This document shows, in pieces, positions 36,534 to 46,491 of a stretch of DNA of 64,000 nt (position 1 is the stretch's first letter; each line of letters begins with the position of its first letter). This DNA comes from Candidatus Latescibacterota bacterium (lineage in GTDB: Bacteria > Latescibacterota > UBA2968 > UBA8231). Location: assembly GCA_965203175.1 (NCBI GenBank), contig OZ241867.1, positions 2,592,001 through 2,656,000 on the forward strand, in the 5' to 3' direction. Under the pieces are notes generated by a model. The model searched no databases. It saw only the letters and a list, made by a program, of their open reading frames with translations, and was not told the DNA's origin. The position numbers and the translations under genes were made by a program.

Positions 36534-37871
36534 ATGGACAGCGCGCAAAGTAGCATACGCGAGGCCCCCACTCATTTTGGCGGTCTCTTACGCAATATCG
36601 GCCCCGGCGTTGTTGTCTCTGGGTCGGTGGTCGGCTCGGGCGAGTTGTTGGTGACGACGCGGATGGGGGCCGAGGTCGGCTTTGTCTTTCTCTGGGGCGT
36701 GATCTTGGCCTGTTTGGTCAAGTTTGTGATCCAGCTCGAATTGGGCCGGCAATGTCTGTTGCGCAAGAGCAGTACCGTGCAAATCCTCGACCAAGTGCCG
36801 GGCGCGCGCTGGCGCGGCACCTCGTGGATTGCGTGGCTGTGCGTGGTGGGCTACTTCTCGGTGACGGTGGCCGTCATCGGCATCTTGGGGTCGGTGGCCG
36901 GGCTGATGGTCACGGTTTTTCCCTTTGCATCCGAACACGTGTGGGCGGTAGTCATTTTCCTCGCCATGTCGGTTTTGCTCTGGCGAGGACTGTACGGCGA
37001 CTTGGAGAAAATGGTCTCCGCGTTGGTGGCGACCTTCAGTTTAGTCGTCATCGGATCGGTGCTCGCACTGCAAGGGACGGGCTACGCAATCAGCAGCGAG
37101 CAAATCGCCTCGGGCTTCCGCTTTGCCATGCCCGCCGAAGGCGCGTTTGTGGCTTTGGCGGTGATGGGATCGGTCGGCGCGACTGCGGTCGAGCTTTTCA
37201 TGTATCCCTATTGGATCGTGGAAAAAGGCTACCCGGATTTCGTCGGGCCAAAAGACGACAGCCCGGAATGGCAGGCGCGGTACCGGGGTTGGATGCGGGT
37301 CTTGATCACGGATGCGGGCGTGTGTACGGGCATTGCGTTGGTGGTCACGTGCGCGTATTACCTGCTGGGCGCGTCAGTGCTCAATCAGCTACAAGTCTTG
37401 CCCCAAGGTATGAAGGTGGTCGAGCAAGTCTCGCTGATTTTCACCGAGAGCATCGGCGGCTGGGCGTATTACATCTTCATGTTCGGGGGATTTTGCACGC
37501 TCTTTTCCACGCTGCTGGTCTTCGCCGCTTCTTCGGGGCGGATTGGCGCTGACTTTCTGCGGCAACTGAAGGTGAGCGCGCTGGCCGGAGAAGAGGGCTA
37601 CCGCCGCTGGATTCGCATTTTCCAGATCGTCTTCCCGTTTGGGTGGCTGCTCTTCATACTGTTCGACCCGCGCACCCTCGACTTTGTGCTCAAAGGGGCC
37701 AATGCCAACAATCTGTTGCTCATTCCCATGGCCTATGCGGTGCTGCATCTGGCGATGCGGGTGCCCAAAGACGAGCGGATGTCGCTGTGGACTGAGTTGG
37801 CGCTGCTGTTTACGATCTGGGCCATTATCAACTTTACGGCGGTCAATCTGTTTAAGCTGTCGGGGCACTAG
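36534..37871 (+). CDS. Nramp-like (APC fold) transporter
   Basis: IGPGVVVSGSVVGSGEL, about 11 hydrophobic segments, YPYWIVEKGY; start refined to MDSAQ behind GGAG. Confidence 0.82.
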   Translation: MDSAQSSIREAPTHFGGLLRNIGPGVVVSGSVVGSGELLVTTRMGAEVGFVFLWGVILACLVKFVIQLELGRQCLLRKSSTVQILDQVPGARWRGTSWIAWLCVVGYFSVTVAVIGILGSVAGLMVTVFPFASEHVWAVVIFLAMSVLLWRGLYGDLEKMVSALVATFSLVVIGSVLALQGTGYAISSEQIASGFRFAMPAEGAFVALAVMGSVGATAVELFMYPYWIVEKGYPDFVGPKDDSPEWQARYRGWMRVLITDAGVCTGIALVVTCAYYLLGASVLNQLQVLPQGMKVVEQVSLIFTESIGGWAYYIFMFGGFCTLFSTLLVFAASSGRIGADFLRQLKVSALAGEEGYRRWIRIFQIVFPFGWLLFILFDPRTLDFVLKGANANNLLLIPMAYAVLHLAMRVPKDERMSLWTELALLFTIWAIINFTAVNLFKLSGH

Positions 37872-37899
37872 CGGCAATGTAAAAACTGGGAGCTGTTGA

Positions 37900-37971
37900 G
37901 AAAACGCACCGGATCCAAGCGCGATCAATCGCGGCACCAAGGCGCGTGAAAAGCGGCTCAAAACTGCGAAG
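37900..37971 (+). pseudogene. Remnant of antitoxin-like leader peptide, in frame with the RM gene
   Basis: Translates ENAPDPSAINRGTKAREKRLKTAK; 17 of 24 residues identical to 42467-42538; no stop before RM ATG and no start codon of its own. Confidence 0.75.
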
Positions 37972-37998
37972 ACCAACAAGTCAACGCTTTCTCTCAAT

Positions 37999-40900
37999 AT
38001 GACCGGCCAGCTATTCACTCACTATTTCCTCACCGACGGCATAAAGGCTACGGCTGAGTGGCAAGCGTCTCTCGCTCAGCCAGAGGCGTTTATTGCGTTC
38101 AAAGACGGCGTTGCCCGGCATCACGACGCTCTCAGCCGTTCCCGAAATCCCAACGAAGCTCGCACGGAGGAGGAGCTGATTCGTCCGGTTCTGGAGCTAT
38201 TGGGATGGACCGAGTACGTGCCTCAGCCAAGTGCGGCCGGCCATGAGGACATTCCCGATCATCTGCTTTTTGCTGACGCCGACTCCAAGGCGAGGGCCGG
38301 GAATCCCTTCCAGTACGCGACAGTAGTTGAAGAGAGTAAGCGCTTTGGGCTTGCGCTCGACAGCCGGGACCGGAAGGATCGGGCGCAGCGTGGGACGCCG
38401 CACGGTCAGATTCTTCGATATTTGGCGACGGCTGAGATCGAGTCTGAGGGGCGCATTCGCTGGGGCATTCTGAGCAATGGTAGTATCTGGCGGCTGTACG
38501 ACTATCGTGCCCGGCCGCGTGCTAGCGGCTACTTTGAAGCCGACTTGGCAGAACTGCTCCAGCCCGGCAAGGAAGACGACCTCCGTGTCTTTCACCTTCT
38601 GTTTCGCCTCGAATCCTTCACGCTGCGAGATGGGGCCACTAGTACGTTTCTCGAAGAGGCACTGGCTGAGGGTCGGCGCTATGAGGAACAGGTCGCGCAG
38701 GATCTTTCAGGGGTGGTGTTTGAGCGGGTGTTTCCCAATCTCGTCAATGCGCTTGTGCAGAAATCGGAGGAAAGCCTCGTCGCGAGCCGGGATGCGGCGT
38801 TGATCTTTCTCTATCGGCTGCTGTTTGTGCTCTATGCCGAGGATCGGGGGCTATTGCCGGTCAACGATGAGCGATACGACGACTATGGTTTGCGCAAGCC
38901 CGTCCGCGATGACATTGCGAGCAGGATGGCGGCTGACGACACGTACTCGGCGATTGCTACCAATTATTACGACCATCTGACGACGTTGTTCAAGCTCATC
39001 GACAAGGGCGACGAGTCTATTGGTTTGCCGCCGTACAATGGCGGGCTGTTTGCGGTGGAAGCTGCGCCGTTGCTGGAAACGGTCCGGCTAGCCGATGAAG
39101 AAATTGCGCCCATCATCTACGATCTGAGTCACGCCGAGGATTCGCAGGGGGTGCGCCGCTTTGTCAATTACCGCGACATGTCGGTGCAGCAGCTTGGCTC
39201 AATCTACGAGCGGTTACTGGAGCGCGAGCCGGTGCGCGATGACGACGGCAACATTTCCATTCGTCCCAATCCGTATGCCCGCAAGGACAGCGGCAGTTTT
39301 TATACCTCTCAGGAACTCGTCGATCTGATTGTCGAGCGAACCTTGAAGCCGCTGGCCGAAGAGCGGCTACAAGCCTTTGAGGACAAGGCCGCCGAACTTA
39401 AGAGCGAACGCCAATCCAAGCAGGAACGGCGGGAGGAACTTGAGCAGCTTGATCCGGCAGAGGCCGTACTAGACCTCAAAGTTTTGGACCCTGCGATGGG
39501 CAGCGGGCACTTTCTCGTCACGGCGGTGGATTTTCTGTCGGATTACATCGCTGAGTTGATTGAGTACGTCCCCTCGGTTCCGGCGTGGTTGGACGGCGAA
39601 TACGCGTCGCCACTAGTGGGGCGCGTGGCGGCGATTCGGGAGGACATTCGCAAACGGGCCAACGAATCGAATTGGGTCTTGGGTGAGGCGCAGCTTACCG
39701 ACCAAGCCATTATCCGCCGCATGGTGCTCAAGCGCTGCATTTACGGGGTGGATAAGAATCGGCTGACGGTTGAGTTGGCCAAGGTGTCGCTGTGGCTGCA
39801 CAGCTTTACGGTGGGTGCGCCGTTGTCCTTTCTCGATCACCATTTGCGTTGTGGCGACTCGCTGGTTGGTCTGCGGGTGCGGGACGCTACCGATGAATTA
39901 CACCGGCTCGGCGGGATGTTTGCCAGTAGTGCCATTGCCGGGGCGGAGACGGCCACTGACGGGATGCAGCGGATTGAGGAGATGTCCGATGCGGACGTGG
40001 CGGAGGTGCAGGAGTCGGCAGAGCTGTTCGACGGGGTGGAGGAGACGACCGCTGACCTGCGCGGCTTGCTCGACTTTCTGTGCGGCTGGCGTTGGTTGAC
40101 GGCTGGAATGAAGAGGGACGAACGCGCTGAATTTGAAGAGCCGCTGGTTCGGACGCTCGGCCAGCATACGGCGAATGCTTACGAACTTTTGGCACAAGGG
40201 CCAGCGGAGAACATTTCCGACTTTTCCGAACTATGGCACAAGGCCACGTCCATTGCCAATCGCGAGGACTTCTTGCATTGGGAGGTGGCCTTTCCGGGGG
40301 TGTGGCATAGGTGGCAAGAAAGCCGTCCGCAAGGAGGATTTGACGCGGTTATTGGCAATCCGCCGTGGGATCGGATCAAGCTGCAAGAAGTCGAGTGGTT
40401 TGCAACTCGTGACCGAGAACTCGCTCTGGCACCGACGGCAGCGACGCGACGAAAGGGCATTCAGCAGTTGCGCAAACAGGGAGCGTCTCTTGCGGCTGAG
40501 TTCGACGCGGCCAAGGCGCAGGCCGAGAGCCTAAGCCAAATGGTGCGCTCCGGTGGCGATTATCCGTTGCTCAGCAGCGGCGACATCAACTTGTATTCGC
40601 TATTCGTCGAGCGGTCCATGAGCCTGATTAAGCCGGATGGTTTTGTCGGACTGCTGACGCCATCGGGCATTTACGCCGACAAGACGGCGGCCCGGTTTTT
40701 CCAATCCATTTCGACTAGCGGACGGATAGGCGGCCTGTTCGATTTTGAGAATCGTCGTCTCGGAACAGACCTGCCGCCTTTCTTCCCGGATGTGGACTCT
40801 CGCTTCAAATTCTGCGCCCTCATCGTAGGCGGCGAGGAGCGACGATTCGACCAGACCGAATGCGCTTTCTTTCTCCACGATACGAAAACGGTCCATGACG

Positions 40901-42003
40901 AAGACCGCTGCTTCCCATTGACGCCGAAAGACTTCGCCCGCGTGAATCCGAATACTGGCACCGCTCCGGTATTCCGTAGTCGGCGAGATGCGGAGATCAC
41001 GCGGCGCATCTACAAGCAGCATCCGGTGTTGGTGAAGCGTCTGCAAAATAAAAAGAAGCGTGCTTGGCGGGTGAAGTACGCCACAATGTTTCACATGGCC
41101 AATGACTCCCACCTCTTCCGCACTTCCGAGCAACTCGAAGCCGAAGGTTTCTATCCTGTCGAGGGCAACCGCTGGAAACGGGGCGAGGAACTGTATTTAC
41201 CGCTGTACCAGGGCCGGATGATTCGTCAGTTCGACCATCGAGCCAATTCGGTGAAATACAACCCAGACAACACTATAAATCCGTATCTGAGCGTCGCTGT
41301 CACTGAAGCCGAACACGCCGATCCAGCATTTAGCCCCATGACACAATATTGGGTTCTAGAACAGGAAGTGAGTGGCAATATGCCCGACAGGCTTAGCTGG
41401 ACTATTGCGTATAGGCGTATAGCACGTCCAACAGATGCTAGAACCATGATTGCAGCCGCTGTACCAAAAATCGGCTTGAGTGACAGCATCTTCCTTTTGA
41501 TGCCGGAGAAAAATTTTTCCGCAGCCGACGCTTGCCTACTCATTGCGAATCTCAACAGCTATTGCTTCGATTATGTGACGCGCCACAAAATGCCCGGAAC
41601 CAATCTGAGTTGGTACATCGTCGAGCAACTCCCCGTCATCGCCCCCGCCGACTACGACCGCTCCTTCGGCGCGACAACCGCCCGAGACCTCGTCCGCGAC
41701 CACGTCCTCCGCCTCACGTACACCGCCCACGACATGGCTCCTTTCGCCCGCGACCTCGGCTACGACGGCGAGCCCTTCATCTGGGACGAAGAGGAACGCC
41801 GCCACCTCCGCGCCCGCCTCGACGCGCTCTACTTCCACCTCTATGGACTGTCGCGGGACGACGCCGAATACGTGCTCGACACCTTCCCCATCGTCCGCCG
41901 CGAAGACGAAGCCGCCTTTGGAACATACCGCACCCGCGATATGACGCTGGCGTATATGAATGCGCTGGCAGCGGGGGATACGGAAGCGGTGGTGGCGGTG
42001 TAG
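37999..42003 (+). CDS. Type IIG (Eco57I-like) fused restriction endonuclease/N6-adenine methyltransferase
   Basis: PD..ESK nuclease motif, YNGGLF, LGSIYERLL, VLDPAMGSGHFL, IYGVD, IGNPPW. Confidence 0.92.
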   Translation: MTGQLFTHYFLTDGIKATAEWQASLAQPEAFIAFKDGVARHHDALSRSRNPNEARTEEELIRPVLELLGWTEYVPQPSAAGHEDIPDHLLFADADSKARAGNPFQYATVVEESKRFGLALDSRDRKDRAQRGTPHGQILRYLATAEIESEGRIRWGILSNGSIWRLYDYRARPRASGYFEADLAELLQPGKEDDLRVFHLLFRLESFTLRDGATSTFLEEALAEGRRYEEQVAQDLSGVVFERVFPNLVNALVQKSEESLVASRDAALIFLYRLLFVLYAEDRGLLPVNDERYDDYGLRKPVRDDIASRMAADDTYSAIATNYYDHLTTLFKLIDKGDESIGLPPYNGGLFAVEAAPLLETVRLADEEIAPIIYDLSHAEDSQGVRRFVNYRDMSVQQLGSIYERLLEREPVRDDDGNISIRPNPYARKDSGSFYTSQELVDLIVERTLKPLAEERLQAFEDKAAELKSERQSKQERREELEQLDPAEAVLDLKVLDPAMGSGHFLVTAVDFLSDYIAELIEYVPSVPAWLDGEYASPLVGRVAAIREDIRKRANESNWVLGEAQLTDQAIIRRMVLKRCIYGVDKNRLTVELAKVSLWLHSFTVGAPLSFLDHHLRCGDSLVGLRVRDATDELHRLGGMFASSAIAGAETATDGMQRIEEMSDADVAEVQESAELFDGVEETTADLRGLLDFLCGWRWLTAGMKRDERAEFEEPLVRTLGQHTANAYELLAQGPAENISDFSELWHKATSIANREDFLHWEVAFPGVWHRWQESRPQGGFDAVIGNPPWDRIKLQEVEWFATRDRELALAPTAATRRKGIQQLRKQGASLAAEFDAAKAQAESLSQMVRSGGDYPLLSSGDINLYSLFVERSMSLIKPDGFVGLLTPSGIYADKTAARFFQSISTSGRIGGLFDFENRRLGTDLPPFFPDVDSRFKFCALIVGGEERRFDQTECAFFLHDTKTVHDEDRCFPLTPKDFARVNPNTGTAPVFRSRRDAEITRRIYKQHPVLVKRLQNKKKRAWRVKYATMFHMANDSHLFRTSEQLEAEGFYPVEGNRWKRGEELYLPLYQGRMIRQFDHRANSVKYNPDNTINPYLSVAVTEAEHADPAFSPMTQYWVLEQEVSGNMPDRLSWTIAYRRIARPTDARTMIAAAVPKIGLSDSIFLLMPEKNFSAADACLLIANLNSYCFDYVTRHKMPGTNLSWYIVEQLPVIAPADYDRSFGATTARDLVRDHVLRLTYTAHDMAPFARDLGYDGEPFIWDEEERRHLRARLDALYFHLYGLSRDDAEYVLDTFPIVRREDEAAFGTYRTRDMTLAYMNALAAGDTEAVVAV

Positions 42004-42162
42004 ATGGGCGACAGCGGTGCTTGACAGGGTTTGGGCGATCCGAGACGTTAAACGTAACAGGCTTTTGGGACGGGGCAGTATCCATCAACAGCTTCACTGA
42101 AGAGTGAATGCGGATTCCTGCAACAATGCCTATAATTACCCACACTACATGGAGTCCGTAGC

Positions 42163-42447
42163 ATGGATATTGGATTTATATGGGATGAAGACAAATACCA
42201 AAAAGTCCAAGAGGAGCACCGAGTCCAGTTTTATGAGGCCGTTTCCGCATTTGACGATCCAGACGGATACGAAGCCGCAGATCCAGCGGGGCATGAAGAT
42301 CGGTGGATTCGGATAGGGGCAACCGCCAGTGGTCGGGTACTGGCCATAGTTTGCTCTGAAGAAGATTTACCACTCTACCGTTTTATCACCGCATTTGAAG
42401 CAGAAGGAAGATGGCTTGATGAATACTACACAAGAGACAGAATTTGA
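42163..42447 (+). CDS. brnT: BrnT-family toxin
   Basis: FIWDEDKYQKVQEEHRVQFYEAVSAFDDP..EDRWIRIG..YRFITA. Confidence 0.85.
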   Translation: MDIGFIWDEDKYQKVQEEHRVQFYEAVSAFDDPDGYEAADPAGHEDRWIRIGATASGRVLAIVCSEEDLPLYRFITAFEAEGRWLDEYYTRDRI

Positions 42448-43957
42448 TTATCAAAAGCATATGAAAGAAAGTGCACGAGGGCCAAGCGAGATTAATCGTG
42501 GAACAAAGGCGCGTGAAAAACGACGCGAGGCTGCCAAGGCTCGGATTTCTCAAAACGGCCAGTTAAGCAGAGTTTTGGAAAAAATTCAGGAGATCGCGGA
42601 AAAATCAGCCGATGGCGATTACATCTACCGTGGAGAACCTGAATGCTACTGTAAAGTATCTTCAAGTCTTTATCGTAAATACTCAAAAATTGATGCCGAG
42701 CATTTTGATATTGAGGTTGTCCAAGACGAAATTCTGAAGGAAGCCAAAAGATTCACTCGCGAAATCGACGACTTTGAGATTCTGACCGAACTCCAACACT
42801 ACGGCTATAATACCAATCTGATCGACTTTACCACCGATTGCCATATCGCTCTTTTCTTTGCCTGCTACCTCAATTTCGACCGAGACGGACGTATCGTCCT
42901 ACTCCAAAAAACAAATTCCTATGTCGTCGAACCACGGAGTCCGATCAATCGCATCATCTCCCAGAAGAGCATATTCGTGCGGCCTCCCAAGGGTTTTATT
43001 CCACCTGACCGCGTAATCAACATTCCCAAAGACCTTAAAAAGTCCATCTTAGACTACTTGAGTAAGTACCACGGCATATCTATAGAGACAATATACAACG
43101 ACCTTCATGGCTTTATCAGATACCAGAATGTTCATCAAAGCGCCTATGCGGAGTTTTACACCAGTCTTACTTTCCAGAATGAGAGGGACTACCCAAAAGC
43201 CATCGAACATTATAGTAGAGCCATTGAACTCAATCCGCGACTGGTCGAAGCCTATAATAATCGCGGTATTGCTTACAGGGCTATAGGCGAGGTTGACCGC
43301 GCTATTGAAGACTACGACAAGACGATAGAACTAAACCCAAAGTATGCTGAAGCCTATTATAATCGAGGTGTTGCTTATATAGATGATAAAGGCGAGATTG
43401 ACCGTGCTATTGAAAACTACGACAAGACGATAGAACTAAATCCAAAATATGCCGAAGTCTATTACAGTCGCGGTATTGCTTACTTCAAAAAAAGCAAGGT
43501 TGACCGTGCTATTGAAGACTACAGCAAGGCAATAGAATTAAATCCAAAATATGCCGAAGCCTATAGTAATCGCGGTGTTGCTTACATCAACAAAGGCAAG
43601 GATGACCGTGCTATTGAAGACTTTAGCAAGGCGATAGAACTGAACCCGGAGCATACTAAGGTCCATTACAATCGTGGCAATTTTTACATCAACAAAGGCA
43701 AGTTTGATCTTGCTATTAAAGACTATAGTAAGGCAATAGAACTGAACCCAAAGTATACCGAGGCCTATTACAATCGCGGCATGTGTTGGCTGCACTTGAA
43801 AGATTGGCAGGAAGCCAAATCAGATCTAACAGTTGCCAAGAGCATGGGCATGGATATTATCGCAGTATTTCGTATCACCTACAGAAACGGTGAGGATTTT
43901 GAGCAGAAAAATGGTGTTCAGTTACCGGAATACATCGCGGCTATGCTGACGCCATAA
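42419..43957 (+). CDS. FRG-domain + TPR protein with N-terminal antitoxin-like segment
   Basis: YIYRGE, LQHYG..LIDFT..IALFFAC, NRIISQKSIF (FRG); about six TPRs; start overlaps brnT 3' end as an antitoxin would. Confidence 0.85.
   Translation: MNTTQETEFDYQKHMKESARGPSEINRGTKAREKRREAAKARISQNGQLSRVLEKIQEIAEKSADGDYIYRGEPECYCKVSSSLYRKYSKIDAEHFDIEVVQDEILKEAKRFTREIDDFEILTELQHYGYNTNLIDFTTDCHIALFFACYLNFDRDGRIVLLQKTNSYVVEPRSPINRIISQKSIFVRPPKGFIPPDRVINIPKDLKKSILDYLSKYHGISIETIYNDLHGFIRYQNVHQSAYAEFYTSLTFQNERDYPKAIEHYSRAIELNPRLVEAYNNRGIAYRAIGEVDRAIEDYDKTIELNPKYAEAYYNRGVAYIDDKGEIDRAIENYDKTIELNPKYAEVYYSRGIAYFKKSKVDRAIEDYSKAIELNPKYAEAYSNRGVAYINKGKDDRAIEDFSKAIELNPEHTKVHYNRGNFYINKGKFDLAIKDYSKAIELNPKYTEAYYNRGMCWLHLKDWQEAKSDLTVAKSMGMDIIAVFRITYRNGEDFEQKNGVQLPEYIAAMLTP
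43200..43780 (+). repeat. DNA-level TPR tandem repeats (about 102-bp unit)
   Basis: Recurrent GACCGTGCTATTGAA..ATAGAACTnAAyCC..GAAGCCTAT..AATCGnGG. Confidence 0.8.
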
Positions 43958-43972
43958 TAGAGACACGGCGCG

Positions 43973-44239
43973 ATGAAGAGAACATTGACCATTGACTATA
44001 ACGATGAGGTCCTACTCGCCCTCGGATGTTCACCTAAGCAGTTCAATGAAGAGGCCAAGCTCCTCGTCGCCGTCAAGCTCTACGAGTTGGGCCGATTGTC
44101 CTCGGGGGCGGCAGCCAAGCTGGCCGACATTCCCAAACCCTCGTTCCTGATGAAGTTAGCCGACTACGGCGTCGATGCCTTCCACCTGACCGAGGAAGAC
44201 CTCCAACAGGACTTGGATAGTGCCCGCCGCCATCTGTAA
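43973..44239 (+). CDS. UPF0175-family antitoxin
   Basis: AVKLYELGRLSSGAAAKLADI..FLMKLADYGV..EEDLQQD. Confidence 0.9.
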   Translation: MKRTLTIDYNDEVLLALGCSPKQFNEEAKLLVAVKLYELGRLSSGAAAKLADIPKPSFLMKLADYGVDAFHLTEEDLQQDLDSARRHL

Positions 44240-44294
44240 TACTTCTTTCCCCCTCCAGTACCTGCACCAAGCCGAAGTGTTGGAAAGTAGATGA
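44220..44294 (+). pseudogene. Truncated DUF3368/PIN-like toxin (first 24 codons)
   Basis: Manual translation MPAAICNTSFPLQYLHQAEVLESR*; overlaps the antitoxin end. Confidence 0.65.
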
Positions 44295-44372
44295 CTCGTT
44301 GACTTAGTTCAAGATTTAGCGGTACATTTCATCAGTTCAAAACTCTCGCCCTCGAAAGAAGGTGCTAACGCT

Positions 44373-45506
44373 ATGTCCCAAGAACGACTCGACGACCGCC
44401 TACATCTTCCAAGCCTGTCGATAAAAGGGTTCCGGGGAATCAAGGAGCTTTCCATTGAGCGATTGGGCCGCGTGACGCTGTTGGCGGGCAAGAACAGCGT
44501 CGGCAAGACGACCGTTTTAGATGCCGTCCGAGTCTATGCGGCGCGGGGTTATTATCGCGCTCTGGCCAGCGTCTTGGAAAGCCATGAAGAAGTAGCTGCA
44601 CTTACCGACGGAACCGGCCAAGAGCAAGTCGGTCCTTATTTGGAAGGCATATTCCACGGACGGGACGCTTCTCAGGGAGCCTTCCTCTCGATAGGTCCGA
44701 GAGACGGTTCAGATCAGTTCGTAATTGAAACAGGCATCCCACAGGAAGATTCTCACTCTACGCAGCAAATTCCCTTTTCTTTTTTAAATCCTTCAGTACG
44801 AACTTTCAGAGTTATGTTTCAAGGCCAAGATCTGGCAAACTCTTGGTTTTTCTCCCCCTATGCCTTGAGTACCAAAATAGCCAAGAGCCGTCGTGTATAT
44901 CAGTCTATGGGAGGTTTTTCATCCAACGAACGATCTACCCCAATAGCATGTCAGTCTATGGGGCCAGAGTTGCTGAGTAACGACACAATCGTGGAGCTTT
45001 GGGACACTATCGCGCTTACTGACGATGAGGACAGAGTAATAAATGCTCTACGGCCTATTCTCGGTGACCAAGTGAAGCGCATTGCAGTAATCGGCGATAA
45101 ACATAACAGGGGGCGAGTTGTCGCCAAGATCCAAGGTCAAACTTTTCCGATCCCTTTGAAAAGTCTGGGCGATGGGGCACTGCGTCTGTTTGGTGTTGCT
45201 TTAGTACTCATCAATAGCCGTGACAGCTTCTTGCTCATCGACGAAGCCGAAAACGGCATCCACCATTCCGTCCAGCCTGATTTCTGGCGCATGGTCTTTA
45301 AGACCGCCGATGCAAACAACGTCCAAGTCATTGCAACGACGCACAGCTTTGACTGCGTGCGCGGCTTTGCACAAGCAGCAGTCGAGTGCGAGGAAGTTGA
45401 AGGGGCACTTGTGCGTATCGAACGAAAAGATGAGGAGATGTGGGCGGTCGAGTATTCGGAACGCGATCTCAGGATCGCCGCTGAACAACGTATTGAGGTG
45501 AGGTAG
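44373..45506 (+). CDS. ABC-type ATPase (AAA_15/AAA_21-like)
   Basis: IKGFRGI, GKNSVGKTT, LGDG, LLIDEAENGIH, TTHS. Confidence 0.9.
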   Translation: MSQERLDDRLHLPSLSIKGFRGIKELSIERLGRVTLLAGKNSVGKTTVLDAVRVYAARGYYRALASVLESHEEVAALTDGTGQEQVGPYLEGIFHGRDASQGAFLSIGPRDGSDQFVIETGIPQEDSHSTQQIPFSFLNPSVRTFRVMFQGQDLANSWFFSPYALSTKIAKSRRVYQSMGGFSSNERSTPIACQSMGPELLSNDTIVELWDTIALTDDEDRVINALRPILGDQVKRIAVIGDKHNRGRVVAKIQGQTFPIPLKSLGDGALRLFGVALVLINSRDSFLLIDEAENGIHHSVQPDFWRMVFKTADANNVQVIATTHSFDCVRGFAQAAVECEEVEGALVRIERKDEEMWAVEYSERDLRIAAEQRIEVR

Positions 45507-46121
45507 ATGGATAACAATGACCGCGTCCTCCTAGTTGAAGGACAAGACGACGAGCATGTTGTTCGACATCTGTGTCTCCGCAGCCAACCAATGCCGCCAT
45601 TCCACATAGAGAATAAGCTCAGCGTAGATACTCTCCTTGACTCCATTAAACAGGAAGTCAGAGTTCCTGACCGCAACGCCGTCGGCATCCTCGTGGACGC
45701 GAATGACGATTTGAACGCCCGTTGGAGTGCTGTCGCGAACAGGCTCCGAGAGGGAAATATCGAGGTGCCTCGTACCCCTGAACCAACTGGAACTCTCATA
45801 GAAGGCACCAGCCGCATCCCTCGCGTCGGCATCTGGTTGATGCCCGACAACACATCGCCCGGTGAACTCGAAAATTTCGTCTCAGAGATGATTCCCAACG
45901 ACGATCCAGTATGGCCGCGATCCCAGAGCTACATTGACGGCATTCCAAAGTCTGACCGAAAGTTTATCGAGAAAAAGATACCACGAGCTAAGGTCCACGC
46001 TTGGTTGGCGACGAGAGAAGAGCCTAGGAAAATGGGCGTCGCCATTCGCGCACAGGATTTGCGCGTGGATGGACCTCTCAGCACGAGATTCGCAAATTGG
46101 CTACGGCAACTGTTTGAGTGA
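45507..46121 (+). CDS. DUF3226-like (TOPRIM-like) protein
   Basis: LLVEGQDD, GILVDAND, GIWLMPDN..GELENF, KAxVHAWLA-like motif. Confidence 0.8.
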   Translation: MDNNDRVLLVEGQDDEHVVRHLCLRSQPMPPFHIENKLSVDTLLDSIKQEVRVPDRNAVGILVDANDDLNARWSAVANRLREGNIEVPRTPEPTGTLIEGTSRIPRVGIWLMPDNTSPGELENFVSEMIPNDDPVWPRSQSYIDGIPKSDRKFIEKKIPRAKVHAWLATREEPRKMGVAIRAQDLRVDGPLSTRFANWLRQLFE

Positions 46122-46144
46122 AACGCTGGCGGCTGAGGAAAAAG

Positions 46145-46429
46145 ATGATGACGCACAAAGAATTGATCGCAAAAATGCGGTCGCAGCCCGGATACAAAGA
46201 AAAGTATGATGAAGCAGCACCCGAATTTGAATTGCTGCGCAAGATGCTTGAAGCGCGAAAACGCGCTGGCCTGACTCAAGAGCAAGTAGCTGAGAAGATG
46301 GGCACGAAGGCGACGGCGATTACCCGCTTAGAGTCTGCCAACAGCGAGCACTCTCCCAAAGTTGAAACACTGCGAAGATACGCTGAGGCTGTAGGATGTC
46401 GGCTCAACATTGAGTTGATCCCTGATTGA
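46145..46429 (+). CDS. XRE HTH antitoxin-like protein, no toxin adjacent
   Basis: ARKRAGLTQEQVAEKMGTKATAITRLES..SPKVETLRRYAEAVGC. Confidence 0.85.
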   Translation: MMTHKELIAKMRSQPGYKEKYDEAAPEFELLRKMLEARKRAGLTQEQVAEKMGTKATAITRLESANSEHSPKVETLRRYAEAVGCRLNIELIPD

Positions 46430-46491
46430 TCCGTGTCGGCGTATATGAATGCACTGGTGGAGTAGAGACACACGGACGTCGCCGTCAAGCG

